A stretch of 62,949 bases of DNA, the filler included, from Octopus bimaculoides (Eukaryota), in the NCBI RefSeq assembly GCF_001194135.2. It is 3 parts of 2 records of this genome, joined end to end, with 100 filler letters (N's around TTAATTAATTAA, not from the genome) between each part and the next. Parts side by side here need not be neighbours in the genome. Positions count along the whole stretch, not along the records: positions 23,837 to 52,822 come from NC_068999.1; positions 52,923 to 62,949 come from NC_068999.1; 1 more part is not named here. The stretch is one strand, 5' to 3'. The notes under the pieces were generated by a model, which had not been told where the DNA came from, did not search any database, and was given only the letters and a program-made list of their open reading frames with translations. Of the stretch, positions 38,759 through 52,953 are shown one piece after another (the first letter of the stretch is position 1; every line of letters begins with the position of its first letter). Made by a program: the position numbers and the translations under genes.

Positions 38759-39647
38759 ATCGATTAACACCTTCTACAAAAATTTCAGGTCTTGTGCCTG
38801 TAGTAGAAAGGACCATTTTAGTTTCTTTGTCAAAGCTCTTTCGTCACACATCCTCTTCATCGCCTCTTTATCCGACATATCTCCTATTGTCCATTTCTGA
38901 ATTATTTCCGAAACATTGGTTTGTTTTGGTAGGAGCCACGTGAATCGCACGGGCTATCCAAGTTTGGCATAAACTATTTAAAGATGATAACGGAATCTAT
39001 ACATTAAGAGCGCGCATTGGAAAACACTTGGTTGACAAGGCATTGGCCGGCCCGAGGCTATAGACGAAGGCAACTTCCCGAGGTCCCATGGAGTGCGACT
39101 GAGCCCGAAACTAACTAATTGTAGTGCCAACTTTACCACCACACAGCCATGAATGCACCTTCTAGTAATATGTATTAAATAAACTCAGTGACATTATCTC
39201 CTAAGAATTGGAAAAAATGAGATTATGACGACAAAAATGGTTAGATTGGCAGAATGATAGTAAGTTGTAGGGTTATGTAATCGTCTCTGTTACACGTGTA
39301 GTAATATATTATCGGTTTTAGAGATTTATCTACTTTACCATCTAAAGAAGTATAAACAACGGGTTTTTGAGTACAATGCAGCTCCTTTACCGTATTTCGG
39401 AAGTGCATTTATCACCATAACATAAATACGCTATCGATATTGATGGGTTTTATAGGTTATTGTAAGAAATAGTGCATTGTTTGTGAGCAAACTGATGCTG
39501 TGTCCTTTATTCCAACATAATATTGATCGTGTTCGTTTCTTGAAAATAATAAACTTTCCTCAAACAACAATGTTTTCCATTTGATATTAATTTTTTTACT
39601 TGATATTTACAGCCGCATGCACGGTTTTATAATAAATTACATATATA

Positions 39648-39889
39648 CAGGGTTTGCCCAAAAGTGACCCGACAGTAAATCGAAATTCCATAAATACTTA
39701 ATATTCAATTTTATTTATTCATTCCAATTATGAATGTTTGATAACTGAATGCTGTGAGTTAAAATCACCGCGTTTTTTTTTTATTAACATTTCTCTATCT
39801 CTTAGCGAAGTCTAATATAAAACATTTTAATTTTAATCTTGGAATTGAATGGATTTTGTTTACTGTCAGGGGACTTTTGGTCAACCCTA
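39648..39889. mobile_element. Tc1/mariner-type MITE
   Basis: TA|cagggtttgcccaaaagtgacccgacagtaaa and tttactgtcaggggacttttggtcaacccta|TA form imperfect TIRs of about 32 bp with TA flanks. Confidence 0.8.
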
Positions 39890-40731
39890 TATATATATAT
39901 ATNNNNNNNNNNNNNNNNNNNNNNNNNNNNNNNNNNNNNNNNNNNNNNNNNNNNNNNNNNNNNNNNNNNNNNNNNNNNNNNNNNNNNNNNNNNNNNNNNN
40001 NNNNNNNNNNNNNNNNNNNNNNNNNNNNNNNNNNNNNNNNNNNNNNNNNNNNNNNNNNNNNNNNNNNNNNNNNNNNNNNNNNNNNNNNNNNNNNNNNNNN
40101 NNNNNNNNNNNNNNNNNNNNNNNNNNNNNNNNNNNNNNNNNNNNNNNNNNNNNNNNNNNNNNNNNNNNNNNNNNNNNNNNNNNNNNNNNNNNNNNNNNNN
40201 NNNNNNNNNNNNNNNNNNNNNNNNNNNNNNNNNNNNNNNNNNNNNNNNNNNNNNNNNNNNNNNNNNNNNNNNNNNNNNNNNNNNNNNNNNNNNNNNNNNN
40301 NNNNNNNNNNNNNNNNNNNNNNNNNNNNNNNNNNNNNNNNNNNNNNNNNNNNNNNNNNNNNNNNNNNNNNNNNNNNNNNNNNNNNNNNNNNNNNNNNNNN
40401 NNNNNNNNNNNNNNNNNNNNNNNNNNNNNNNNNNNNNNNNNNNNNNNNNNNNNNNNNNNNNNNNNNNNNNNNNNNNNNNNNNNNNNNNNNNNNNNNNNNN
40501 NNNNNNNNNNNNNNNNNNNNNNNNNNNNNNNNNNNNNNNNNNNNNNNNNNNNNNNNNNNNNNNNNNNNNNNNNNNNNNNNNNNNNNNNNNNNNNNNNNNN
40601 NNNNNNNNNNNNNNNNNNNNNNNNNNNNNNNNNNNNNNNNNNNNNNNNNNNNNNNNNNNNNNNNNNNNNNNNNNNNNNNNNNNNNNNNNNNNNNNNNNNN
40701 NNNNNNNNNNNNNNNNNNNNNNNNNNCATTT

Positions 40732-40782
<51 letters not shown>

Positions 40783-40902
40783 GATACACACTCACACACA
40801 CTCACACACACTCATGTACACACATATTCATATGTTATATGTAAGATATATATCAATATATCATATATAATATACGATCTTACTTAATATCTATAATATA
40901 AA

Positions 40903-41010
40903 AGGGCGGCGAGCCGGCAGAATCGTTAGCACGCTTAGCGGTATTTCGCCTGCCGTTACGTTCTGAGTTCAAACTCCACCGAGGTCGGCTTTGCCTTTCG
41001 TCCATGATGG
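40903..41010 (+). mobile_element. SINE family C fragment
   Basis: ggcggcgagccggcagaatcgttagcacgc...gttctgagttcaaa. Confidence 0.75.
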
Positions 41011-41636
41011 TAAACAAATTAGTGATATTTTGAAATCCTTTAATACGTACGTTTCTGAATTGCTTAATATATAATAGGAAATGCATCCATTACGTAAGAT
41101 TTTCCTCAGTTAAAAGATTTCAAGAATCGATAATACTTGTACCGTGCACTACTTCTAAGCCTAACAGTCACAGTATATATGATGTATATGCGTGTATATA
41201 TGTATATGTAGATATCTATATATATATATATATATCTGTATGTATATATACATTTGTATATATATATATATGTATATATATACATATGTATATATATANN
41301 NNNNNNNNNNNNNNNNNNNNNNNNNNNNNNNNNNNNNNNNNNNNNNNNNNNNNNNNNNNNNNNNNNNNNNNNNNNNNNNNNNNNNNNNNNNNNNNNNNNN
41401 NNNNNNNNNNNNNNNNNNNNNNNNNNNNNNNNNNNNNNNNNNNNNNNNNNNNNNNNNNNNNNNNNNNNNNNNNNNNNNNNNNNNNNNNNNNNNNNNNNNN
41501 NNNNNNNNNNNNNNNNNNNNNNNNNNNNNNNNNNNNNNNNNNNNNNNNNNNNNNNNNNNNNNNNNNNNNNNNNNNNNNNNNNNNNNNNNNNNNNNNNNNN
41601 NNNNNNNNNNNNNNNNNNNNNNNNNNNNNNNNNNNN

Positions 41637-41678
<42 letters not shown>

Positions 41679-41764
41679 TGGGTGTGCTTGAGTGTGTTTG
41701 TGTGTGTATGTGTGTTGTGGTTGACTTAACTATTATTAGCGAAAATAAAGAAAATCCGACAGAG

Positions 41765-41803
<39 letters not shown>

Positions 41804-43540
41804 AAGCGTGCGTCAGATAAATAGGCGAAAAACATGTCAAATAAAGCTATAAAACTACTCTTGTATAATCGACTAATCATATTGACCTCTACTTTGCACG
41901 GGATGACATATTTCTCTATTGGCAAATTCCTTTTCTCGGCTTTCAGTGCAATTATGTGTGTGTGTGCGTGTGTGTGTGTTTGTGTGTGCATAGATACATA
42001 CACCAGAAATACGTATATGCATACGTGTATACATATATACATAAGTACGTGCATACCTGTACTAATCTATATACTAGCGTTAGTATAATTATGTCCATCA
42101 TTTTGTAATATTAGTACAATATAGAGTAGCAAAATCTATGTAAGTTGATTCTGAATTTATGAAGCGATATATGTGTGAATATGTGGATGGATGGATGTAT
42201 TCAGTCTAATTCCACGCCTCTCAATAAACTGTTAGTGTAATTTTATGACTAACATTTCCTGAGTATTACTTTCGTTTGGGTTCTAGAATGTTGTGAACAC
42301 CGACCTAACCACTTTTCAATAGTGTACAAAAAACCAAAAAAGAAATGAAAAAAAGAAGATACCAAGAAAAAAACGTTTATGTAAAAACAGTACGTAAGTT
42401 CATCTCTAAGTGAAGCAATTAATTCTACCAAGTTGTAACGTGGTCATTGGTAAACTGGAAAAACAAGAAAGAAAATAGTACAACTAAGGCTTCGTTTCTG
42501 TCCTACAAATAGGTAAGGTGAGGCAAAAATGAACTGGGTGTGTATTTATGTTTATCATATGCGTTCGCTTAGTGAGTGAATGTGAGTATGTGCGCGCATG
42601 TGCGTCTACATTATCTATATTACATATTGTATATACATATGTATGCATATATATGTATATATATATGTGTGTGTGTATGTGTGTGTGTGTGTGTGTNNNN
42701 NNNNNNNNNNNNNNNNNNNNNNNNNNNNNNNNNNNNNNNNNNNNNNNNNNNNNNNNNNNNNNNNNNNNNNNNNNNNNNNNNNNNNNNNNNNNNNNNNNNN
42801 NNNNNNNNNNNNNNNNNNNNNNNNNNNNNNNNNNNNNNNNNNNNNNNNNNNNNNNNNNNNNNNNNNNNNNNNNNNNNNNNNNNNNNNNNNNNNNNNNNNN
42901 NNNNNNNNNNNNNNNNNNNNNNNNNNNNNNNNNNNNNNNNNNNNNNNNNNNNNNNNNNNNNNNNNNNNNNNNNNNNNNNNNNNNNNNNNNNNNNNNNNNN
43001 NNNNNNNNNNNNNNNNNNNNNNNNNNNNNNNNNNNNNNNNNNNNNNNNNNNNNNNNNNNNNNNNNNNNNNNNNNNNNNNNNNNNNNNNNNNNNNNNNNNN
43101 NNNNNNNNNNNNNNNNNNNNNNNNNNNNNNNNNNNNNNNNNNNNNNNNNNNNNNNATATATACAAACATATATGTATATATATACATATAAATATATTTA
43201 CACACAGACACACAAATTATAACGTACATCGTTGCGCTCAGAACACTCCGACCCAAAGCATGCGCTTCGATTTTCAATTTTAGAAAAAGGTAAATAAAAT
43301 AAATGCATAATAAGTATTTCATGTACTTGGTCAGGTGATCTAGGAGTGGTTCATCGATCTATAGATAAGGTTGGTAATTCATAGCTTCGATTATTTTACT
43401 TATGCATATATATATATGCATGTTAGGGATGAGTAAACAGCGGTTGTTAAGCGGTGTGGGGAGGAGAGACACAAACACAAAGACACAGACACAAAGGTTC
43501 TTACATACATAGATATAGAGACCGCACACATATCCATATA

Positions 43541-43700
43541 TGGCGCAGGAGTGGTAAGTAGCTTGCTAACCACATGGTTCCGGGTTCAGTCCCACTGCGT
43601 GACACTTTGGGCAAGTGTCTTCTGCTGCTATAGCCTCGGGCCGACCAAAGCCTTGTGAGTGGATTTGGTAGACGGAAACTGAAAGAAGCCTGTCGTATAT
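43541..43700 (+). mobile_element. SINE family A head with CpGs intact
   Basis: ggcgcaggagtggtaagtagcttgc...ttccgggttcagtcccactgcgt...cctcgggccgacc...gacggaaactg. Confidence 0.9.
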
Positions 43701-44974
43701 ATATGTATATATATATATATNNNNNNNNNNNNNNNNNNNNNNNNNNNNNNNNNNNNNNNNNNNNNNNNNNNNNNNNNNNNNNNNNNNNNNNNNNNNNNNN
43801 NNNNNNNNNNNNNNNNNNNNNNNNNNNNNNNNNNNNNNNNNNNNNNNNNNNNNNNNNNNNNNNNNNNNNNNNNNNNNNNNNNNNNNNNNNNNNNNNNNNN
43901 NNNNNNNNNNNGCTAACCACATGGTTCCGGGTTCAGTCCCACTGCGTGACACTTTGGGCAAGTGTCTTCTGCTGCTATAGCCTCGGGCCGACCAAAGCCT
44001 TCCTGTGTCTGTGGAGTGCTCAGCCACTTGCACGTTAATTTCACGAGCAGGCTGTTCCGTTGATCAACTGGAACCCTCGACGTCGTAATCGACGGAGTGC
44101 CAACAACATCACTTCTTTAATTAATGTGATAGGTTATTATTTTAGGAAAACTCAGCATTTTTTCATTTTATTTTACCAGGTTCTTCAGCATCGTTGAATT
44201 TCGCTGATTGCGATTATTCCCCTTGGATATCTCCCACAATAATTTTACAGTAAGCAGTTCAGATTCGATATTTGACTGTTTCTTTATATGAAATCGCATG
44301 GTTGAAATAGATTGTCGACCTGTTGTATTTGAATAAAAATTCAAGTCCACCATATTCAAGTCCACCTACCTCACAGACTGACTGCGCTTGCGCATATACT
44401 CAACCGATTTCACCCACTTTCTTTCACTTTAGCTGTCTTCCACTCGCCCCGGTTTTATTGTCAATTTCAGTTTATTTTTTGTGTTTGCATAGCCTTCTCT
44501 CACTCCTAATTCTCTCTCTCTCTCCGTCACCCTCTTTTCGTCTCCCGTCTCTCCCGCTCGCGCTCTATCACCCACACCCTCTTTTCCTCTCCCCCTCTCC
44601 TCCTCTCATCCTTCTCTCTCTCTCTCTCTCCTCCTCTCGCCCTTCTTTCTCTCCTCTCTCATTAAACACACAATCTACCTGATACGTCCGAATACATGAA
44701 TGTTTGAAGAGATTTTCTATTTTGTGTACTTAAACCGGATATGTTGAACATTTAACAGAGCAAAGATGAACAGCGTTTCAATAAACAGAATAGAGACCTA
44801 AATAACTTATATGACGACGAAAACAACGGCAACGTTGATGAAGATGGTAAAATTATAACCGTTGTGAGTATTATTAACATCAGAATAATAATCGCAGATG
44901 ACAACGTTTGAAGTTCGTGCTGAAGTTGTACGAGCGATAGTGTCAAACGAATCGTAATATTGATTTCAAGTTTT

Positions 44975-45380
44975 GGCACAAGACCAGCAATTTCGGGGTT
45001 GCAGGCAAGTCGTTTACATCAACCTCAGTACTCAAGTGGTACTTATTTCATCGACCCCCTAGAGGATGAAATTCAAACTGAACTCGGCGGAATTTGAACT
45101 CAGAACGTAACGTAAAAATGAATGAAACGCCGCTAAACATTTTGCCCGGTGTTGTTAACGATTCTGCGAACTCGTTGTCTTGACTTATACACATGTATTT
45201 GTTTCAAATTTTGGAACAAGACCAAAAGGTTCGGGAGAGTGGTATTTCGACTGTCGCTACGTTCTGAGTTTAAATTCCGCCGAGGTCGGTTTTACCTTTC
45301 ATCCTTTCGGGATTGAACACTGGGGTCAATGTAATCGATTCATCTCTTCCCCCAAAATGGCTGCCCTTGTGGGAAAATTT
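44975..45380. mobile_element. Two family C SINE pieces in opposite orientation
   Basis: A minus copy at 44975-45175 and a plus piece at about 45240-45380. Confidence 0.7.
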
Positions 45381-45444
45381 GTAGCCAGTATTGACAATTA
45401 TTCAGTTATTAGAATTCAAGTAAAATTAGAGTAAAAGAATAAAA

Positions 45445-45495
<51 letters not shown>

Positions 45496-46147
45496 TTTGT
45501 ACATGTGGTTGTGTGTGCGTATACCTGTGTGTATGTATACGTATGTGTGTGTGTTTATGTACGTATACTCAAACACAATACGCAGGCATACATTGCACAT
45601 ACACATTGTCACATTGTGTGAACGTGCACTCTCTCATACGGATATGAATGATAAAACTACATGGTTACCACACAGTCACATATTGAAAACATTGTTTCCC
45701 ACGAATATTTCTTCCCCCATGTCCTTCAGTTCATTGGTGTTTTTATATTCCTCTTCACCTAACTGAATATTATTGTAAACATATTTCAATTGTCACCGAA
45801 ACCTGTTTGTATAGCGACCAACTAAGAAGCCTCGGTCTGGTCAACGAACTTGTAGGAAATAACAACAGCGGAATATTTTTCGTATCATAGCTGATGGATT
45901 TAATAATAAAGATCATATTGGATAATGTAGTCCTAAACACATATATGGGGAAATTTGTTAGACATCTTTCGTCATATTGCACGTACCCATGGCTGTATCG
46001 TCAAGAAGTTTGTTTTGCACTCGCGCATTCCAGTGGTCGATCCCTCATTTTAGCACCTTTCGCTAGCGACTACTTTATCGTCTTTTCATAGCAACGGGTC
46101 GACTCGAACCAAGGCTTGTGAGTGGAAATGGGAAGAAGGGACGAAAT

Positions 46148-46229
<82 letters not shown>

Positions 46230-47097
46230 GCACACATACACTTAGGAAAAGTTTCCTCACCGTTTCCGTCCATCAGATTTCCTCATAAGGAATCGGTTGT
46301 TCAAGTTGCCACGCGGCGGAACTGAAACCGAAACCAAGTGGTTCGAAAGCCATGGTTGCACTTAAAAAGCGATATCGTTCAGTTCCTTCCATAAGTAAAT
46401 ACATGTTTTAATTATATATTGTAAATTGCAGCTTTGGCTAATAAACTATTCAATCTAATTATGTTCCTTCATTTATTATTATTAACTCTTTCATGATCGT
46501 ATATATCTACACAATAGAAAGTAAATAATTTTTTAAAAGAAGCGAGTAAAAATATATCTTTTTTCGTATTATCAAAGCTATTTTCTTTGTGTATTTTCTA
46601 TAGCATCCACGAAATGTTTTTTGTTTTATATTTCAAGTTCATTACGATTATTTGTAAGCAGTACTTGTTTTGTTACACGAATTAGCGCGAAAGAAAAAGT
46701 TACATAACAATAGAGGTCTGCTTAGTACAAAGTTAGCGAAACGTACTAACATCAAAGTTAAGCGTTAGATGTATATATATATATATATAGAAGTTCAGAA
46801 TGACAATGACAAGAGAGAGAAAGAGAAAGAAAGACAGATTGAGACACAGAGAGAGAAGGCAGGGAAAGAAAGACAGAGAGAGAGAGAACGAAGACGGGAA
46901 GAGAGAGAAGGTGGACGAAGAGTGAGAAAGAATACAGCAAAAGACACAAGAGTGACAGAAAGAGTGGGGAAATGATTTTGACTCGTACCATTGTGTAAAC
47001 TGAACATATATTAAATAGAAGGAGCAGAACATTCTGTGAATGCAATATTGTTTGGAGTAGATTCAACAGTACGCATTGCGTTTCTGAATGCGTGCTC

Positions 47098-47148
<51 letters not shown>

Positions 47149-47150
<2 letters not shown>

Positions 47151-47205
47151 GTAATCCCTCGGCATATGGTGGTTTTGGAACGTAACATCCCGCGATAGTG
47201 GAGGG

Positions 47206-47209
<4 letters not shown>
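47149..47209. mobile_element. Tiny pogo/Tigger-type MITE remnant inside (TA)n
   Basis: cagtaatccctc ... gagggatta terminal complementarity. Confidence 0.55.
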
Positions 47210-47243
<34 letters not shown>

Positions 47244-47530
47244 TGTGTTTGCATGTGTGTGTTCGTGTCTACATGAGTGTATTATATATATAAATTCACG
47301 TGTGTACTCTTAAGCATATGGGTGTAGGTGTGGTGGGTACACGACTGTGTGTGTATGTATATGAGAGTGCACGCATGTGTGTGTATGTACGTGCGTGTGT
47401 GTGTATGTGTATGTGTGTATTGCGCGTGCGTGGTTGATACATTTCGGGTGAGTGCAGTTTATTCTGGTGAGTTTTTGTGAATGTAATTTGTTAGGTATTG
47501 TGATGGGACCGTTTTTGATATAAATTTATA

Positions 47531-47597
<67 letters not shown>

Positions 47598-48593
47598 ATA
47601 CACTTACACATATATTCACACATGCACACACACACATTTCTGCGAGCTTAAGTTTGTGTGATTGATGTTTGTGTGCACGCATGTGTGCATGTGTATGTGT
47701 ATGTTATATGCATGGTTATGTACAGGCCAGCACAAATGCATGTATATAAGGATCTATTTGGGATTGCAATTCCAAATATCAGGTTGTTAAGATATGCTTT
47801 ATACCTGTAGGTCAACATTGATAAAGAAAACCTATAATTCGATGTATTCCAAACGTGAATACATGCCCCACTATGTAGGGCAGTGTCCGTGAGCTGGTAA
47901 AAGACAACCGGTGGACGAGGATATTTACTGCAGACTAGTTATTGGACTCGTCGGCAGAAAGAAAGGCACTTTCGTTGAGACGGACAACAAGGGCTGGTCT
48001 TGAGGGTTGGATTCCTTTTCCCCAGGTTTGTAAATGTTTAGCACGTAATAAACAACAGTTCGAAAATCACCGTCTGTTGTTATTTTAACTAAAGATATAA
48101 CTCTATTTTTATGTCCCCAGATACATAGCGCCATACGACGTCACAAGTCAGTTCGTCCTTTCAATTCTTAAGATGGGATATGTGAGTAGCGAACAGTTTA
48201 AGTGACCCGGTAGGCGACACAGCAAACCTAGAAGGGCCTTTATGATGGTCGTTGACATAAGAAGTTTAGCTGGCGAATGTATAAATAAATCGTGAATTTG
48301 AGTGGATCACTGAGTAGTGATAGAAGTAAACCAGTTAAGAAGAGATAATATTTCAGACGAAGTAAGAAACTGTATGAGTTATATAGTGACAGATAACACT
48401 GAGATAAAAATAATTTAAGTATGAACTTTCATACAGACTGGTACACGCACACTAAGACACAAGGAAGCAAACACAGACATATGTACCCTCTTCCCCACTC
48501 AAACATTAACACACAGACAATATATATATATATATATATANNNNNNNNNNNNNNNNNNNNNNNNTATATATACACATAGATACATACATGCAT

Positions 48594-48666
<73 letters not shown>

Positions 48667-48696
48667 GTACATACATACAGGTATGTATAACCTTTT

Positions 48697-49050
48697 ATTC
48701 TTTTACTTATTTCAGTCGTTTGACTCTGGCCTTGCTGGAGCACCACCTTGAATGGTTTTAGTCGAACAAATCGACCTCCAGGACATTTTTTAAGCCTAGT
48801 ACTTATTCTATCGGACTTTATTGCCGAACCGCTAGTTTACGTGGACATAAACACACAAACATCGGTTGTCAATGTATGGGTGTATGTGTGGATGCAACTC
48901 ATTGACTGAAGCAAGAAAAGGACTTATATTGGTTTCAGATTTTGGCACAAGGCCAGCACTTTCGAGGGAAAGGGATATGTCGATTGTCTCGATCCTAGTT
49001 GCTCAACTGTTTCTTATTCTATCGACATCGAAAGAACGAAATGCCAAGTC
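48697..49050 (-). mobile_element. SINE family A tail (48697-48870) and family C piece (48920-49050)
   Basis: Family motifs as above. Confidence 0.7.
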
Positions 49051-49909
49051 GATCTCAATTATATAAAAGCAGATATAAACAATTCTGTACAGATAGTATA
49101 GTAATATACAGTTTGAGACGCAGTGTGACGGGAGAAGCAAACGTGCAACGGGTACATAGTAATAAAAATAATAAATGAGTATAAGCATATAAACGTACAT
49201 GTATGTACATACCTACATCTACATGTATATATAGATGCATATCTGGGTACATTACGTTGCAAAAAACGTGGACAAAATGATAAACACAGTACAGAAAACA
49301 CATAGGCCACATACAGAACATTTCCTTCATCAGCTGCCACCATTCTAAAACTAAGCGTTTCGAAGAGTTAATAATGCCTGACAGACAGGCGGACAATCGT
49401 GTAGGCAGCCATACGGACAGTCAGGCAAACAGACTAATGAATAGTGAGGTAAATATATAAGTAACGTTACTGCGTATAAAATCAGTGTTAATCTCCGAGA
49501 GAAGATAAACGCAATATGTCCTATATACAAAATGACCCTTGACCCAAGTACGAAGCAATATAACGCTGTCACTACCTTCCTAAACATATTTATGGAACAA
49601 TATGATATATTAAAGAAACTGTTATTTCTTTAATTACATCTATAGTAATTTACATACAACCAGCAGACAGTCGTGACAAAGAATGGCTTTGGTATAACGA
49701 CAATGCTTTAGCTAATTTAGTTTACAGGTGTACGTGGCGCGCGCGCGCGACAATGTTTTTTTTCTTCTCGCCGTTTTATTAGAAACTAACTTAAAAGTCG
49801 CGCTTCGTGCATCGACCCAAGGTACCACTCAATGATGACCGAAAGTCGAACCAACTAGTTAGGGGAGCAACCTTCTAACGACATACCCAATAAATACATA
49901 ATCCATGTA

Positions 49910-49966
<57 letters not shown>

Positions 49967-49987
49967 GTCTGTCTGTCTGCCTGTCTA

Positions 49988-50050
<63 letters not shown>

Positions 50051-50390
50051 GCGTGTGTGTATGTGTGTGTGTGTGTGTGTGTGNNNNNNNNNNNNNNNNN
50101 NNNNNNNNNNNNNNNNNNNNNNNNNNNNNNNNNNNNNNNNNNNNNNNNNNNNNNNNNNNNNNNNNNNNNNNNNNNNNNNNNNNNNNNNNNNNNNNNNNNN
50201 NNNNNNNNNNNNNNNNNNNNNNNNNNNNNNNNNNNNNNNNNNNNNNNNNNNNNNNNNNNNNNNNNNNNNNNNNNNNNNNNNNNNNNNNNNNNNNNNNNNN
50301 NNNNNNNNNNNNNNNNNNNNNNNNNNNNNNNNNNNNNNNNNNNNNNNNNNNNNNNNNNNNNNNNNNNNNNNNNNNNNNNNNNNNNNNNNN

Positions 50391-50446
<56 letters not shown>

Positions 50447-51150
50447 GTACGCAACCACGCACGTACGCATGCACAAAGAGACAACTCGACCTCTGCTTCA
50501 AGTATTGCGTTTCATTTTAGTCATTTATAAAACGAAATGTGTGTATGTGTTAGTAGTGCGTACATATATATGCCTCTATGCATGTAGATATACGTACGTA
50601 TAGGTGTAAATCTATTATGTATTTATGTATCTATTTATATACACATACATATACATACATAGATATAGCAACATGTATACCTACACATTTATTAACTTAC
50701 GTCGACAAGTACAAAATTATTACGACACCCAGCATTTATGTGCAAGCGATGTGTATCAAACATAATCAAACGCTTTATTACAAACGCAGTGTGACAGAAA
50801 CACATACTCAAATACGCAACTATATATACACACACTAGCAAAACACAAACTCTATCACTCTCTCTCAATCTCTCTTTCACATGCACCTAAACAGAGACAC
50901 AAGTTAGTGTGCGTATATACCTATGCCTATAATGTATTGTTGCAAAATATTACGAATATAGCTTAATGTAGTGTTTCTCATAAATGCATGGTATGTTGTG
51001 AGTATTAAAATGTGGGCGGAAATTTGCCATAATTTCAACTTTTTGAACTTGTTCTTCATCGTAACGAACAAAGAGGAATTATGTGGATGCAAAAATCTTA
51101 CACTTTCTCTTGAATAAAGAGTGAAGGGCGGGGCAAACATTTTCAGTAAG

Positions 51151-51205
<55 letters not shown>

Positions 51206-51215
51206 TCTATTACTA

Positions 51216-51452
51216 AGGCGGTGAGTTGTCAGAGTCGTTAGCACGCCGGTTAAACTGTTTAGCGGTATTTCTTCCGGCCTTACGCTCTGCGCTTAAATTT
51301 CTCAGAGGTCGAATTTACCTTTCGTCCTTCTGGATCGATAATCCGTCATATTTATACATTTATACTTACATAAATGTACACACACAAGCACACNNNNNNN
51401 NNNNNNNNNNNNNNNNNNNNNNNNNNNNNNNNNNNNNNNNNNNNNNNNNNNN

Positions 51453-51498
<46 letters not shown>

Positions 51499-51690
51499 CT
51501 GAGTAAAACTACACACATATATAATATATGTGCGATGAGCTTCTTTCAGTTTCCGTCTACCAAATCCACTCACATGGCTTTGGTCTGCCTGAGGCTGTAG
51601 TAGAAGACATTTACCGAAGGTGCCACTAAGTGGGACTGAACCCTGAACCATGTGGTTCGGAGGCCAGCTTCTTACCACACAACCATGTCT
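51216..51690. mobile_element. Family C SINE (+, 51216-51345) and family A head (-, 51535-51690)
   Basis: Family motifs as above. Confidence 0.75.
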
Positions 51691-52149
51691 GCTCCTATGT
51701 ATGTATAAAGTAGCAAGTTTCTTCAGTTACTTTTGCGTTAACTTTCAATGTGACTCTTCGATTTATTTTTCAGAACTGTTAAGACATTAAAGCGGGGTAA
51801 AACGGAGTTTCATAGAGGAAGAAACGACCTTATAGCAGCGATGTCGTTTAACCGTATATAAAACATCAACATAAACATCAATCACATTATTTCACTCATA
51901 AATGTATTCTTAAATATTAATGTATAGTAATATTTTTATTAAAAAAAAAAAAAAGATCATGTCTGCTGTCAGCCCGAAGCCAACAAAACAACACGGATAT
52001 TTGATTGGAGAGCAGAACGGTGAAATGTACAAGTTTAAAAATATACACACATTACTACACATACATACAGGCTTTCATACGCAACACACAAACGCGCGCG
52101 TTCAAACACACATTCACTTTACACATATCTGTTTATCTTTTATGTTTTA

Positions 52150-52570
52150 CTTAGTTTAGTCATTAGATTACGGCCATGCTGGGGCACCACCTGGAAATTT
52201 TTTAATCGAGTGTATCGATCCCAGTATCAATTTTATAAAGACTGGCACTTATATTATCGGTCTCCTTTGCCGAACTGATAAGTCACGGGGACGTAAACAT
52301 AACAACATCGATTGTCAAGCGGTGGTAGGGGAACAACCACAGAGACAATCACACACGCAAACACACATGCACACGTATGCACGCACGCACACACAGACAC
52401 GAACACATATACATATATACAGCGGGCTTCTTTCAGCCTCCGTCCGCCGAATTCACTCTCAAGATATCGACCGGCCTAGGGTTTTCCAGACGGCACCGAC
52501 CCAAGGTACCTCTCATTGACGACCGAAAGTCGAACAAACTAGTTGGGGAGCAACCTTCTAACAACACACC
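52150..52570 (-). mobile_element. SINE family A with a degenerate head
   Basis: Tail at 52150-52340 and decayed head at 52425-52570. Confidence 0.7.
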
Positions 52571-52592
52571 CAATAAATACATGATGCATGTA

Positions 52593-52663
<71 letters not shown>

Positions 52664-52822
52664 ATATCTATCTATCTATCTATCTATCTATCATCATGGA
52701 CGGACGGTAGACACATCGGCTCCCATGTAAGTTGCATTTTTCACCTCTTAAAAGACCTATTTTGTTTTAAAATTTTGTATAAGTTGTGTATAACACAAAA
52801 TACTTCGTGAACATATATTTTT

Positions 52823-52922
52823 NNNNNNNNNNNNNNNNNNNNNNNNNNNNNNNNNNNNNNNNNNNNTTAATTAATTAANNNNNNNNNNNNNNNNNNNNNN
52901 NNNNNNNNNNNNNNNNNNNNNN
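52823..52922. other. Artificial scaffold spacer (44 N + TTAATTAATTAA + 44 N)
   Basis: Identical in structure to 23737-23836. Confidence 0.9.

Positions 52923-52953
<31 letters not shown>

Noticed and set aside
43564-44000. Identical SINE head sequence on both sides of a gap (about 43564-43650 and 43912-44000), the second fused to a family B tail
   Set aside because: An exact duplicate flanking an N-run points to a scaffolding or repeat-collapse artefact, not a biological duplication or chimera.
49300-49380. CTGATGAAGG motif on the minus strand with GAAACG nearby, resembling a hammerhead ribozyme
   Set aside because: There is no GAAA directly after a stem II, and no in-register stem III or NUH site. 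At most a decayed remnant.
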